NCBI GenBank assembly: GCA_047967505.1
Contig: CM106538.1
Reading direction: 5' to 3' (one strand)
Source: Dipteris shenzhenensis
Lineage: Eukaryota
Length of the DNA stretch: 64,000 nt
This document shows positions 38,144-52,448 of the stretch, piece after piece (position 1 is the first letter of the stretch; every line of letters starts with the position of its first letter). Position numbers and translations under genes: made by a program. The notes beneath the pieces are model-generated. The model saw only the letters and a program-made list of their open reading frames with translations, had not been told where the DNA came from and searched no databases.

Positions 38144-41100
38144 GGAATGCAAAGGTTGTGGTCATCATGAAACTAAGTGTTGGGCATACTTGATACGAGT
38201 TCACTGACTTCGGAAGATCATCAGAAAGGTCCTCAAAGACATTGCTCAAAAGAAGGATGCCAGACCGCACACCCCTTGAAGAAATAGCATGGTGACTACA
38301 AGAATTGGAAGAAGCTAAAGGTGATGTGCAAGCTCTCCAACTGTTGACATTTGTCATGGCATTCTTGTTTGCCTTGATGAACAACCTCATGCAGCACCGT
38401 GTCTCTAACCCTCGCTTGTAAAGATGGATGTGATATCATGAGGGTTGGTCCTTTTAAGATTGTCTATGTGCTATTCTATGCTGAAGACTCTTCCCGTGTA
38501 ATATTTCACAATACACCAGTCACACCCTACCCTGCCTATGTGTGCCTTGTGGATGTATCTTCACCCGATTTTCAGTTCAAGCTTCCTCTTTCTATTGTTT
38601 GTCCATAGATAAGCCTCATCTTGCCACTCTCTTTTCCATCTTCCAAGCATGGTTGACAATCCCATGTTTTGTGGACGAGTGGAAGAAAATCCAAATGAGT
38701 ATCGTGTGGCCTTCAAGCGCCGTTGTGTTTCTCTCAACTTTCTTACTGAAGACAGATGGCTGTTGGTTCTTCCCACATTTCTAGAGGGTTTGGCTCAAGT
38801 GTGGTATGAGAAGCAAGCCGAAGAAGTTTGCCAAAGCTGGCCAACGTTGACAGCAATGACGATTGAGTATTTTGGCAAAGAAGAGGAGCCGGAGAATGTG
38901 TACCTATAGGTGGCAAACTTGAAGCAATCAGAAGAGGAGACGGCGCGTCGATATGTGGATCGAGCGGCAGTGCTCCTAGACCGTTTAATTGCCACACAGG
39001 AGGACAATGCCGGATTTCGAGTTGGAATGACTTAGCATGTGCTGGGCTACCTTGTAGCAGGAGCAAGTGATGAATTCTGCCTCAAGCTTAAATGGGAGAA
39101 TCCAGAAACTATGATGCTAGCACATGAGATTGCTCAAAAGTTTGATAAAGTTCAGTTTGACCCCGCTTCAAAGAAGACGATTGTCCCTCCGCAACCCCCT
39201 CAATTCTTGCAACAACAACCTGGGGGGTCTAACTCAGGGGCATACCCCCACCCCTCATCAGGGATGTATCCACTGCCTCCACCTCAAATGTATGGTCCTC
39301 CCTTAGATGCTTACCCTCAACAAGGTGTATATTCTCACCCTCTGCCTCGAAGATTTCCCTAGCCATGCCCACGAGCCCCCCTCCTTTCTACTCCCTTGGC
39401 CCCTTCAGCTAAAGAGGCCTCCCCTGCAATAGAACCCAGAGTCAATGACCTAGCCAAGGCCCTGAATGGTGGTCTTTGGCTTGAGATGGTGGGCATCAAA
39501 AATCAAGCCAACCGCCCTCCAAGAGACCGTGCTAATGTTGTATGCTACGAGTGCCACCAGAAGGGTCATTATCGCATGGAATGCCCCAATATTCCAAGGG
39601 TGAATCTTCTAAGTGAATCTGGCACTGAGGATTCTGATGTAAAGATCCTTGACCTCGGAAAAAGAAGTCGTACCACCTCAGATTCCTCTCCAAACCGTGG
39701 ACCGGGCTACCCTAGGAAGAAGGTGTCCTTCTCAAAGCCCTCAGATGCTAAGATGGCAGACCCACCAACAGAGAAGACTAAAAGATCCTGTAGGAGTAAG
39801 TGGTCACCCTCGGATTTTCCCATCGACTTAGGGCAAGAAGACTATTCAGTTGTTCAGGACCTTGCTCATCGCTCTTTGAGCATCACGCTCCCTCAACTAA
39901 TAGCATTAAGCCCTAAGGTGAGACGTGAGCTGTAGCAAGGGCTCTCAACAAGGAGGAACAACAAAAAGGGAAAGGTAAGAGAGGTATCCTCTATCTCTAA
40001 AGAAATTGATCGACACCCACATACAATCGATGTCATCATAGATAATTGCCCTGTCAAAAATGTGTGTGTTGATGGGGGAGCTGCATGGAATATCATGGTG
40101 CCCCAAATCATGAACAAATTGAATTTGAAATGTTCAAGGCATTCCTCCACTCGAATCAAGGTAGCAGATGGTCGATGACTCACCACTCTGGGAGTCATTG
40201 AGGATTTGCCCATCACTGTCAATGGGTTGACCACCACTGTCAATTTCTATGTAGTGGACATTGACGATACAAGCAGGAGTTACCCAGCCATACTCGAGAG
40301 ACCATGGTTGAGAAAGAGTGATGCAGTTAGCTATTGGAAGACAGGACACATGTATTTTAGTGCTTCTAAGGAGAAGATCCCGGTGCAACCCCGTGCCACG
40401 AAACCAGAAGAAGAAGAGGAGCAAGGCAGTGATACTCTCTCATCCTCGGTGTCTAAATCAATGGAAGAACCAGATGGGGGGGAGGAGTTCTCAGAGGAGG
40501 AAGCTTACATGATGGGGGTGTCTCCAACCCCACCACCTGTAGAAAAGGTAACAGCTAGTCCTCAACAGCTTGAATCTATGCTTTCCCCAGACCTCACTCC
40601 AAGTGAGAAAGACGAGTTCCTAGAAATGTTCAAAGATTTCCTTGACCTCTTTGCAACTAGCTACCACCACCTTTGCCATGTGACTGCCATTGAGCACAAG
40701 ATAGAGCTGAAGCCTGATGCGAAGCCTGTGGCTCAGAAGTATCGGAGATTAGGGACCCTGCAGACCGATGCTTTGCACTCAGAGTTGCAGAAGCTTGTAG
40801 AAGCTGGGTTTATTGTTCCGGTTCACAATACCGAATGGGTTTCACCAGTGGTAGTCACCCCAAAGAAAAACAACAAGTGGTGGGTCTGCATCGACTATAA
40901 GAAACTCAATGCAGCCACCAAGAGGGACCATCATCCTCTTCCCTTTCAAGACCTCATTCTTGAGAAGGTAAGTGGTCATGAGATGTATACTTTCTGTGAT
41001 GGTTACTCTGGGTTTGATCAAATGAGAATTGCCAAAGAAGATGTGCTTAAAACCACATTTGGGGGACATTTGCATTCAAAGTAATGCCATTTGGCCTCAC

Positions 41101-42499
41101 CAATGCTCCTGCTACCTTTCAAAGATTTATGCAGATGGTATTTTCTCCTTATTTGGGGAATTTCTTGGAGGAGTTTTTAGATGATTTCTGCATATTCTCG
41201 TCACGTAAGGAGCACGTCATGAAGGTTAGATTAGCCTTCCAAAGGGTCAACGATGCAAATGGAAGTCTCAACCCTGAGAAATGCACCATTGGAGCCACTC
41301 AAGGGAGGTTATTGGGACATATTGTCTCATCTGAGGGTGTCAAGCATGACCTCGAGAAGGTAGAAGCCATCCTCAAGCTCTCCTTGCCAACAACCAAATG
41401 TCAGGTATGCTCATTTGTCAATCTAGCAGGATACTATTGCCGCTTCATTGATCAATATGCTGCTTTGACATGACCCATGACTATGCTATTAAAAGATGGG
41501 GTCGATTTCTCACGATTGTGATCATGGGTTTGCATAAATCAAGAATGCTCTGGCTTCAGAACCCATTCTATGCAATCTAGATTGGTCAAAGACTTTCTAT
41601 ATCAATCCTGTGTTTGGTGAGCACACTTTGGCAGGTATTCTTCTCCAGCAAGGGGAGGATCGGTTCATGTATCCCATTCGATTTGCTTCTTGACAATTGC
41701 TTGACACTGAGCGACGCTATTTAGAGGCTGACAAGCATGCCTTGTCTTTGGTGTTTTGCATTGAGAAATTTGAGCATTATGTGGCTGGAAAGTCCTTCAT
41801 TATACTCACTAGCACTGGTCTTACAAAGCAGGTTCTTCAATCACCAAATCCCATGGGCCGGTTGGCCAAATAGCTGGTAGTTCTACAAGAATATGATTTT
41901 TCTTTCAAAATTGTAAAAGGGGGTTGTTCCAACTTGAAGAATGCTTTGATTGATTTAGAGGAGTGCCTTGATGGAACCCTTGTAGTGGCCATAGAAGTTG
42001 GGGATCCATGGTATGGTGGTATCTACAGATTTCTGACTTCTTTCTCCTTTCCTCCAGAAAGTACTAGCTATGAGAGAAAGAAGATCTGCAGAGATAGTAG
42101 GCGCTACACCCTCCTTAATGGGGTGTTGTACCGTCAAGGCATGGATGGGGTACTAAGACGGGCCATTGATGCAGATGAAGTGCCTAAGGTATTGAAGCAT
42201 TATCATGATGGATTTTGTGGAGGCCACTATGCCAATGACTATACAACTAAGAAGATTTTACATGCTCGATACTATTGGCCGACCTTGTTCAAGGATGTCA
42301 CTTTGTATTGCAAAACCTGTGAACCATGCCAATTCTTTGGTAGGAAGGATTTGCATCCTGGGCAACATCACCTAGTGTTGTCCATCCATCTGTTTCAAAA
42401 GTGGGGAATAGATTTTGTCGGGCCCTTGCCCATGACTCCTCGCAAAAAGAAGTATCTCTTGGTAGCCACTCAGTATGTCACTAAGTGGGCTGAAGCTAT

Positions 42500-45400
42500 T
42501 GTGGGGGTTAAAGGTCACTGTGCCTTAACCCCAGTTATGTACAATACTCAAACACATATATAAATGAATGAAAAAGAAGATTGGGGTGGTTCTGCACCCA
42601 CCAAAACTTATGTGGCTCTCTGTCTCTCTGTCTCTCTCTTGCTCTCTCTCCCTCTTCCGTTCTTGCTTCCGTTGAGAGCACTCTCAACTGGTATCAGAGC
42701 TCGGGTGATCTAGCTGAGCGTGCGTGAATGCTTGGAAGCTCAGCAGCTCTGTGGGAGGAAGGAGAAGCTTTGTGGGAAGCTTTGTGGGTGACTTTACTTG
42801 CATCCGAGTGTGCAGAGACCTTGGAGGAACCTTTGGAAAAGTCACTTTGGCTTTGCGAAGTGGTTTTGAGAGCCTGTTAAGAGCTTTCAAAGAAAAAGTC
42901 GTTTTTTGAGCTTTTCCCTGTTCCGTTCGATGACAGAGACTTCGTATTGACTTGTGGAGGCAACTATTGCTTGCTTTTGGTGTCCACATTACTTCAGGAG
43001 CTTGGAAACACCTTCATTCTTGAATCTGAGATCATTTCAGTGGATTTCTGACTCACTGTGTCAATTCCTGCGTTTTTTGCCCGGGTGTTGGAACTCAAGT
43101 TTGGAGCAACCATTTGCAGATCTGTCAGTTCCGGTGGACTCAGGAGGTCCTAAAACTTCTATGTTGCTCATCATTCGCACTCCGGTGGAGTTTACAGATA
43201 GCTCTGTTTCCAAAAACGTTTTTCAGTCCGTGTGTTGGACCCAGTGATTGAGGCCACGGTTTCCAAAACCGTCTGTCCCATTGCGTTTCGGATGCCCAAA
43301 AACCCCTACCTATCAGTTCTTGCGTGATTCGGTGGAGGATTTTCAGAGTTATAAATCTCTGTGTATTCGATTTCGTCTCTCTGTTATGCATTTTTCATAC
43401 TAAGGTTTTGAAACCTTAGATTTATGCCACATGGCAGTGGATAAGTGTTGACTCCCATTTCTCACTCATCGGTTGGGATTTTGGAGTTCTGGCAGAAGAG
43501 AGATATTTGCAGATTTTCTTGCTGAGTCCGATTATGCAATGGCGCCCATGTTTTGAAGCATCTCAGGTTCTATTTTCAGTAGCACTCATTACCGTGGGAC
43601 TATGATTTCTTGAGCATACCTTATGCAGATCACTCTGGTTGCAGTTTGAGCAGTGTGCGCTCATTCGTGGTATGCATTGGGTTGCAGTGGATGATTTATA
43701 GGCCATTTGGATGCATTGCGGTCCTTGTTGGATGCGCTGATAGGCCCAAATTGCCTTGTGGGATGCTATTTTTTATGGACGCTTTGCACATGGATGCTAT
43801 TTTATGCTGAGGGACAGCTTTGACACATTGCAGGTGATGCATTGATAGTGCTATGCTCTCTTGGATGAGACATTATTGATGCATATGCCAGTGGACAGTG
43901 TTTATGCTTGAGTCATTTGGCACTTATTGGCATTTTCTTTTGGGCTAGATTTGCTCATATGGATGCATAGTATATGCACATGAGTCAGATGCTTTGAGTT
44001 TTGAGTTTTGGTGATATTTCAGTCTATTGTGGCATACACATTTGGGTGCACTTGGTATTTGGTGTGATTCTCTCTTGCAGGTACTAGCATTTGGGATTTT
44101 GTTTCATTTGCATCATGGCATCCTCTTCCATGTCTGAAAAGGATTTTTTCAGCATTAAAAAGTTTGATGGGACAAACTTTTCTTGGTGGAAAGAACAAAT
44201 AAGGGATGTGCTTATTCAAAAGAAGCAGATTAAACCCTTGGCAGGTATTGAAGCTAAGTCTGCAAATATGTCTGAGGATGATTGGAATGAGTTGGATGCA
44301 TTAGCAAAGTCTACTATTAGACTTCATCTTGCAGAGTCAGTTTATTTCACAGTAGTAAATGAGCAGACTACTGAAGATTTGTGGAAGAAACTGTGTGCCA
44401 CTTATGAGAAGGAAACTGCCTCTAATAAAGTTTACCTCATGAAGAGGTTGTTTGAGCTGCAGATGAAGGAAGGGGTCTCCATTGCTTCTCATTTGAATGA
44501 ATTCAATATTATTTTCAGCCAGCTTCAGGCTCAGAAAATGAATTTTGATGCGGAGACTAAGGCAATATTTCTCTTATGTTCATTGCCATCCTCATGGGAT
44601 ACCTTCCGTACAGCTGTCAATAACTCTGCACCTGGTGGAGTACTGAAATTTGATGAGGTTGTGGGTAGCTTGTTGGCCGAGGAGATTAGACGGAAGTCTA
44701 TGGATGGCAACAAGCAGGATGCAGCCTTAAATGTGCAAAGGGGCAGATCACAGTTCAGGGGGAAGTCCCAAGAAAGAGGGAAGTCTCGTAGCAAATCCAG
44801 GGCACGGAACATTGAGTGTTACCATTGTGGCAAGAAGGGCCATATGAAAAAGGATTGCTACAAGCTAAAAAGAGAGCAAAAGGATAAGAAAAAGAATGCA
44901 AATTGGGGTGCAAATCAAAAGGAAGAGAGTCCAAGGGAGGACAAAGGAAAAGTGAAGATCGAGGAGATCAATGCAGTCACACATGATAGTGACAATGACG
45001 TTCTCTTCATGTCTAGTTTATCTGCAGAGTTGCTTACCACTTCAGATGATGCATATTCCCAGGATTGGATTTTGGATTCTGGTGCTTCATTCCATGTTAC
45101 TCCCCATAGGGAATGGTTCTCCACTTATGACAGTGGAAAGACAGGTTGTGTGCATCTTGGAAATGACTATGCATGTGACATAGTGGGAGCAGGTGACATA
45201 AAGTTTTCTTTTGCAAATGGGTCTGCATTTGTTTTGAAACATGTGAGACATGTGCCTAAGCTGACCAAGAGTCTTATTTCAGTGGGTCAGCTAGATGATG
45301 CTGGTTTTCACACCACTTTTTGGCTTTCAAAGTTGGAAAATTCAAAAGGGCTCTATGCTTTTGGCCAGGGGTGCCAAGTGTGGGACTTTGTATCCCTTAC

Positions 45401-48400
45401 ATGTATCAGGGGTATTTGATCATGTTGTTGCAATAACCGAGCAGCCAAGCACTTCTTTGTGGCATTGCAGGTTGGGGCACATGAGCCAGAATGGAATGAA
45501 ACTCTTATGCCGTTTGGGTTATGTACCGCATTTGAGTTTCTCTGATTTTGAATTTTGTGAGCATTGTCTCTATGGGAAGCAGACTAAATCAGCCCATAAA
45601 AGAAGGGGAAAGAAAGAGTTTGAAATGCTTGATTTGGTGCATTCAGACGTATGTGGTCCCATGCCTACACGGTCATTAGGCGGGGCTGAATACTATGTGA
45701 CATTCATTGATGATGCAACTAGGAAAGTGTGGGCTTATGCTATAGCTCGGAAGAGTGATGTGTTCCAGGTATTTCAGAAATGGCTGGCCTTGGTTGAGAA
45801 TCAGTCAGGTAGAATGCTTAAATGCCTACGGACTGACAATGGTGGAGAGTATCTCTCTCATGACTTTCAGCATTTCTGTGATACTCGTGGGATTAAGAGG
45901 GAGCTTACATCCCCTCGTACTCCAGAGCAAAATCCAGTTGCAGAAAAGATGAATCGTACCATTCAAGAAAGGTTGCAATGCATGCTTTCCAATGCAAGTC
46001 TTTCTGGTGGTTTTTGGGCTGAGGCAATGAAGACTGCAGTGCATGTGATCAATAGATCACCTAGTAAGAGTTTGGATGGTGGTATTCCTGAAGAGGCATG
46101 GAGTGGCAAGAAGCCCTCTTACTCTCATTTGCGTATATTTGGGTGTGAGGCATATGCACATGTGCCAAAAGAGCTTCGAAAGAAGCTAGATCCTAAGTCT
46201 AGGAAATGCATCTTTCTAGGTTATGGTGAAAGTGGAGAGATGGGCTATCGTCTCTGGGATCCAGAAGCAAAGAAGATCATACGCAGCCATGATGTGGTCT
46301 TCAATGAGAAGAAGATGCATAAGGCACCCATGAGGGATGTGGAAATGAGGAGAATCAGTTTCCAGGATGTGAATCCACCTGCATATGTTGATAGGCAGCA
46401 AGCTGCCCATGCACCAAATGTGCAAGAAATGGTACAACCAAGTACTCCCACAGGTATACAATCAAGGGTAGATGATGGATCATCTATTGGTGGAAATGAT
46501 GAGCCAAATGTGGCTGATATGCAAGTGGGACAGCAAGCTGAAATGCCATTGAGAAGATCATCTAGAATGTCTAGACCGCCTGATAGGTTTGTTCCAGGGG
46601 TAGACTATGTGATGCTTACTGATTGCGGGGAGCCTTCTTGCTATAGAGAGGCTATGATGCGTGAGGATCAACGCAAGTGGGAGTATGCTATGCAATCAGA
46701 GATGAGTTCACTTATGAAGAATAAGACTTGGGACTTGGTTTCTTTGCCACATGGAAAGAAAGCATTGCCATGTAAATGGGTCTACAAGATGAAGGTCACA
46801 GGTGATGATGTGCCTAGGTACAAGGCCCGTTTGGTTGCTAAAGGATTCAAGCAAGAGAAGGGTGTGGACTTTGATGACATATTCTCTCCGATTGTGAAGA
46901 TGACCACACTTAGATGCATCCTTGGACTAGTGGCAGTAGAGGATATGGAGCTTATGCAAATGGATGTCAAGACAGCTTTCTTGCATGGGGATTTGCATGA
47001 GGAAATTTACATGGTGCAGCCGGAAGGCTTTGAAGAAAAGGGCAAAGAGCATTTAGTTTGCAAGCTGAAGAAGAGTCTCTATGGTCTTAAGCAAGCACCT
47101 AGAGAATGGTATCAGAAGTTTGATGCTTTCATTCGGTCCCAAGGGTTTTAGAAGGAGTGAAATTGATCACTGCCTCTACACTAAAAGGGCTAAGGATAAT
47201 AGCCTAATAATCCTGGCACTGTATGTGGATGATATGCTATTGGCTAGCAAGAATACTTATGAGCTAGATGCTTTAAAGGCCAAGTTGCATGAGGCCTTTG
47301 ATATGAAGGATTTGGGACTTGCAGGTCATATTCTTGGTATGCGCATCACGCGTGATCGGAGTAGGAAACTCCTTTGGCTTTCCCAAAAAGAGTATGTTAC
47401 AAAAGTATTGCAGCGTTTCAATATGGAGGGGGGGAAGGTAGTGAGTACTCCATTGCCTCCATATGTGAAAATGAGTCATACAAATAGTCCCAAATCAGAT
47501 GAGGAGAGGGCCATGATGGCCAAGGTTCCTTATGCATCAGCAGTTGGGAGTCTTATGTATGCTATGATAGCTACTAGACCAGACATTGCATTTGCAGTGG
47601 GAGTTGTTAGCCGGTATATGGCTAATCCAGGAAAGAGGCATTGGGAGGCAGTTAAGTGCATCATGAGGTACATGAAGGGTACCAAGGAGATGTGCATTTG
47701 CTTTGGTAAAGGAGACATGCGTGTACTTGGGTACACAGATTCAGACTATGCAGGGCATGTGGATAGTAGGAGATACAGATAGTCCCAAATCAGATGAGTA
47801 CTCCATTGCCTCCATATGTGAAAATGAGTCATACAGATAGTCCCAAATCAGATGAGGAGAGGGCCATGATGGCCAAGGTTCCTTATGCATCAGCAGTTGG
47901 GAGTCTTATGTATGCTATGATAGCTACTAGACCAGACATTGCATGGGAGTTGTTAGCCGGTATATGGCTAATCCAGGAAAGAGGCATTGGGAGGCAGTTA
48001 AGTGCATCATGAGGTACATGAAGGGTACCAAGGAGATGTGCATTTGCTTTGGTAAAGGAGACATGCGTGTACTTGGGTACACAGATTCAGACTATGCAGG
48101 GCATGTGGATAGTAGGAGATCCACTTCTGGTTATGTGTTCACCTTTGCAGGTGGTGCAGTGTCATGGATGTCTCGCGCACAGAAGTGCGTTGCTTTGTCT
48201 ACCACAGAGGCTGAGTATGTTGCAGCCACAGAGGGTTGCAAGGAGGCTATATGGCTTGATCGGCTAGTGGGAGATTTGGGGATTCATACAGGTGTACCGA
48301 CATTGCATAGTGATTCCATGAGTGCTATTCAGCTAGCACGGAATCCGGTCTTTCATGCAAAGACCAAACACATTGAGGTCAGGTACCATTTCATCAGGGA

Positions 48401-48767
48401 GGTACTTGAGGACAAGCGCATAGAGCTTGTCAAGGTTCATACAGATGATAACCCTGCAGATATGCTGACGAAGAGTCTACCTAGTCAGCGGTTTGAGTAT
48501 TGTCGTGTATTGATGGGCATTGGATAGTATGCTCACTGGTTGTTCTCCCTTAAAGGCACATTGTCCTTTAAGTGGGAGGTTGTGGGGGTTAAAGGTCACT
48601 GTGCCTTAACCCCAGTTATGTACAATACTCAAACACATATATAAATGAATGAAAAAGAAGATTGGGGTGGTTCTGCACCCACCAAAACTTATGTGGCTCT
48701 CTGTCTCTCTCTCTCTCTCTCGCTCTCTCTCCCTCTTCCGTTCTTGCTTCCGTTGAGAGCACTCTCA
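42500..48767 (+). mobile_element. Ty1/copia element A (Tnt1/Tork-like), full length, young
   Basis: 187-bp TG...CA LTRs at 42500-42686 and 48581-48767, differing only in the CT tract. TSD GCTAT at 42495-42499 and 48768-48772. Met-i PBS 42689-42700; PPT 48570-48580. Confidence 0.97.
44115..48527 (+). pseudogene. Copia A gag-pol polyprotein with two T-run frameshifts (~45320, ~47148) and an internal duplication
   Basis: KFDGTNFSWWK gag, CYHCGKKGHMKKDC, WILDSGAS, HSDVCGP/RTDNGGEY integrase, QMDVKTAFLHG and LYVDDML RT, YTDSDYAG...ADMLTK RNase H. Confidence 0.92.
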
Positions 48768-50254
48768 GCTATTGCCCTCCCCATTGCAAATGGTAAGGCA
48801 GCTTCAAATTTCATATTTGAATGTATCTGCACAAGGTTTGGGACACCCATGGAGATTGTCTCTGACCATGGGAGTCCATTCTTAAAAGAAGTAGTGGAGT
48901 TACTCATGGATCACATGGGTATTGATCATCACACTTCTAGTATCTATTATCCGGCATCCATGGGTCAAACAGAGTGGACCAATGGACTCCTTTGTAAAAC
49001 CATGGGAAAAATGGCCACAGGAAATATTAGCTAGTGGGATCAAAAGGTCACTGAAGCCATGTGGGCTTACAACATCACTCTTAAAACATCTACAGGTCAC
49101 ACTCCTTTTGAGTTGGTGTATGGTACTGAGGCCGTTTTACCACTAGAGATAGAGATTCTAGCTTTGAGATTGGTACAAGAACAGAGGATGACAGAAGATG
49201 AACATGTAGAGGCCAGATTGGTACAACTTGAGAAGTTAGATGAAACCCGATGCCTTGCACTACACCAAACAGAGATCCAAAAGAATCGACAAGAGGCCCG
49301 CTTGGATGCTAAGATTCGCAAAAATGGGAAAGACACTTTGTTGAGGGGGATGTTGTGCTATGCTTTGATAACAGATTGGACCACCAAATGGATAAGAAGT
49401 TTTTGCCACTGTGGTCTGGTCCATAAAAAGTCGTGAAGGAACGTAGCAATGGGTCTGTACAAGTTCAGAAGCTGCATGAACCATATGGCAAGAAGGTGAT
49501 CAATAAGTGTTACCTCAAGCCTTTCTTTGTACATGATGGACCCAGGCATGGAAATGCTGTGCATTCCCTGCCTAGGGGGGGGAACTGTTATAGATAAAAT
49601 TGTCTAAGGAAAAAGGCATTAATATGTGTGTGTGTGTTTGTATATGTGGCAATAGTATAATAAAATATGGTGTGCATAGGGCCCAGGGTTGAGGTGGCAG
49701 GGCATGACCATGTGCCACCCTTCCACCTAAGAGGACCCATAAGGTGTGTTGTACATAGTCCATGGTAGTAATATTATAAAATGTAAGGTGGCATGGCTCC
49801 TCCATGTGCCACCCCTCCATTTAGGCTGCATTTAGTGAGTTATGGCTCAAAGTCCATGGGAGAAGTAATGTAAAATAGGTGGAGATGGATATTATATTGG
49901 GTTATTCCCTCCATATAGGATAGGACCATGTGGGGGAGGTATAGAAGGTCCAAGAGAGCAAGCTAAATAATGGGGAAAGTAGGATGAGGTGGCAAGATTC
50001 CTTGTGCCAATCCTCCACTTGTCCTCCTAAAGTTTTGAACATATTATAAAATTGGGAAGAGACCAAGGGAGTATCATAGACTTGAGATATGGGGCTTGAT
50101 TTATGTGGAAAATTGAGGCAAAGGGTTGTCGCCACAATTGAGAGTGCGTAATCGCCTAGCCCACATGGGAGACTTTTCCACACACACCATGCATGTGGGA
50201 GGATGCATTAATTGGGAGAGACCCCCTCTTTTGGCTATAAAAGGAGTGGGCTAT

Positions 50255-51885
50255 TGTGAAGATAGTGGGAGAGAGGGAAGGAGTCTCACTTGAGGCTTTC
50301 TCACAATCACAATGGGGGAATACACACACAGGTGGAGGCTAAAAACAGTTTTCCTCTTCTTAGTTGTGAAAGCCAAAAGAACTCAAGTACAAAGAAATAG
50401 AAGAACCCTATATGTGGGTCTCAAACCAAACTCAACTAACTAAGGTGGCATACTAACTGAGCCACGAACTAGTGTAGATAAGGATAGCTGTCATCCAGCT
50501 ATTATTCGTGGGCGGTGTACCAACCGCATCTGTAGCTAACAATTCAGTGACATAAATGCACAATGGTCACCCTGGCATATCGCGAGTGGAGCTCGATATC
50601 TCAACACTCCCCCTCGAGCTCAATCCCAATTCTTGCACACCAAGCAGGTCTCTGAACTTGTGCAGCTTCTCTGCGCCCAATGCTTTTGTGAAGATGTTAG
50701 CTACCTGATCCTCTGTGCTGACATAAACTAGATCAATAAGGCCTAGTAACACTTTCTCCCACACATAGTGATAATGCACCTCAATACCAACCCAACAGCA
50801 TAGCTCAAATCTGGCCTGGTAATAGTCATGTAAATCAAACTTCCTACTATGCGTCTGTACATAGTAGGGTCTTCTAGAAGCTCACCTGCATCTGCGCTCA
50901 GTTTCACATTCTGCTCCAAAGGAACTGAAATAGGCTTACAGCCTGTCATCCCATATTTGGACAGCATGTCCAGTCCATACTGCCTCTGCAATCCCACTTG
51001 GTGATCTAATCACCTCAATGCCCAAGAAATAACGCAGCTCTCCCAAATCCTTCATCTCAAACTTCAACCTCAATAGCATTTCCACATGAAGGATATCTTC
51101 ATCACTATCACCTATGATGATCAAATCATCAACATAAATGACAAGCAGCATAATCCCTTTCTCTGTTTTTCTCACATAGAGTGAGAAATTTGCCTTGGAA
51201 ATTTGAAAGCCAATAGTGACAAGATACTATCCTATCTTGTCAGACCATGCTCTAGGTGCTTGCTTCAAGCCATACAAGGCTTTCTTCAACCTGCAAACAA
51301 ACTCAGGATGAATAGCATGAACATAACTTGCTGGCTGCTCCATAAAGACCTCTTCTTGCAAATCACCATGCAAGAAGGCATTCTTTACATCCATCTGATG
51401 TAAAGACCATCCCTTTGATGCAGCCATAGCAATGGCTGCTCTTACGGTTGCCATCCTTGCAACCGGGCTGAAAGTTTCTTCATAATCAATGCCATATGTC
51501 TGTGCATACCCCTTGACAACTAATCTTGCCTTGTATCTATTCACAGAAAAGTCAGTTTATGCAGGCTCCAAGGAAACCGCATTTGGATGCGGCTAGACGC
51601 ATACTCAAGTATGTAAAGTCCACATTGTAGTATGGACTATTTTATGAGGCTGGGGTTCACATACAGTTGCATGGATACACTGATGTTGATTGGGCTGGTA
51701 GTATTTCTGATAGACGATCTACCAGTGGGTATGTGTTCTCTTTTGTGTGCTGCAGTCACTTGGAGCAGCAAGAAACAGCCCACAATTGCCTTGTCGAGAA
51801 CAGAGGCTGAGTACAGGGGTGCAGCAATGGCTGCATGTGAGGTAGCTTGGTTGCATAAGCTACTCTATGATATGCATCAGTTCTG
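50255..51885 (-). mobile_element. Ty1/copia element C fragment (3' LTR 50255-50606 plus RT/RH), with a displaced inverted segment at ~51550-51885
   Basis: TG...CA LTR with PPT AGGGGGAG at 50607-50614. [39 protein letters not shown] and DQVANIFTKAL on the minus strand; SQFMQAP..GYTDVDWAG..TEAEY on the plus strand. Confidence 0.88.
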
Positions 51886-52400
51886 TCATTGGTCTATTCA
51901 GGTTTGGAGAGTATAGACCGGTCTCTTCAATCATAGTGGGTGACAAATCAACAAGCCTATTTCTATCTCCTTTACTAGATCTACTGCCATCAAGTATTCT
52001 TTGTCGTAGGGCATCCAAATTTGGGCATGTACCCAAGTGTTTTCCATTAAAAAAGGCATTATAGTGAGCACTGTGAAGGACACTCATTGCAAGATCTGCA
52101 GCACAAGCTTCATACAATGTTATGTGCCTTGCATACCCATGTGCTGCTCTCATGCTAGAGTGTTTTGTCTCCAAGAGATTTACTGTAGGAACAAATCTAG
52201 AATTTTCCTCTTGTTGCAAAAACATTCCCCCCCATTGATTGAATCTAACATCCCACCAAGCCAACCACGTGTGGAGGGTTGGCAATTCACCTCTTTCACA
52301 TGAAATGGAGACCAATATATCAATTTCCTCTTGCATTGGTCTACACAAATAACTGTTGTTTCCTCCCATGGATGAGGGCGAACATGTGGAGTGTGTCACA
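51886..52400 (-). pseudogene. Degenerate coding fragment, probably transposase-derived
   Basis: ORF 51860..52399 has protein-like composition (WLAWWD..PTVNLLETKHSSM..ITLYEACAADL). Family not confidently recognised. Confidence 0.25.
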
Positions 52401-52448
52401 TGTTACGTGCGCTCACATATCACATGCATCATATGTTGGAAGGGGGAT

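Larger units (their letters stand above)
38649..49607 (+). pseudogene. Gypsy gag-pol of copy 1 (many stops and frameshifts; split by copia A at 42500-48767)
   Basis: CYECHQKGHYRMEC knuckle, VCVDGGAA protease, FLDDFCIF RT, HHCC and WGIDFV integrase, resuming at AIALPIANGKA after the insertion. Confidence 0.9.
36978..50254 (+). mobile_element. Ty3/gypsy non-chromovirus element with upstream aRH, copy 1 (5' LTR/PBS lost; 3' LTR 49586-50254 truncated; interrupted by copia A)
   Basis: Colinear with copy 2 from CTGTAACTCTCTAACC (36978). Order gag-PR-RT-RH-INT; G-run PPT before TGTTATAG at 49586. Confidence 0.93.

Noticed and set aside
45315-47152. Copia A frameshifts as programmed frameshifting
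   Set aside because: Both lie in T homopolymers within normally contiguous domains, and the sister copy is in frame at the RT site; more likely mutation or sequencing error.
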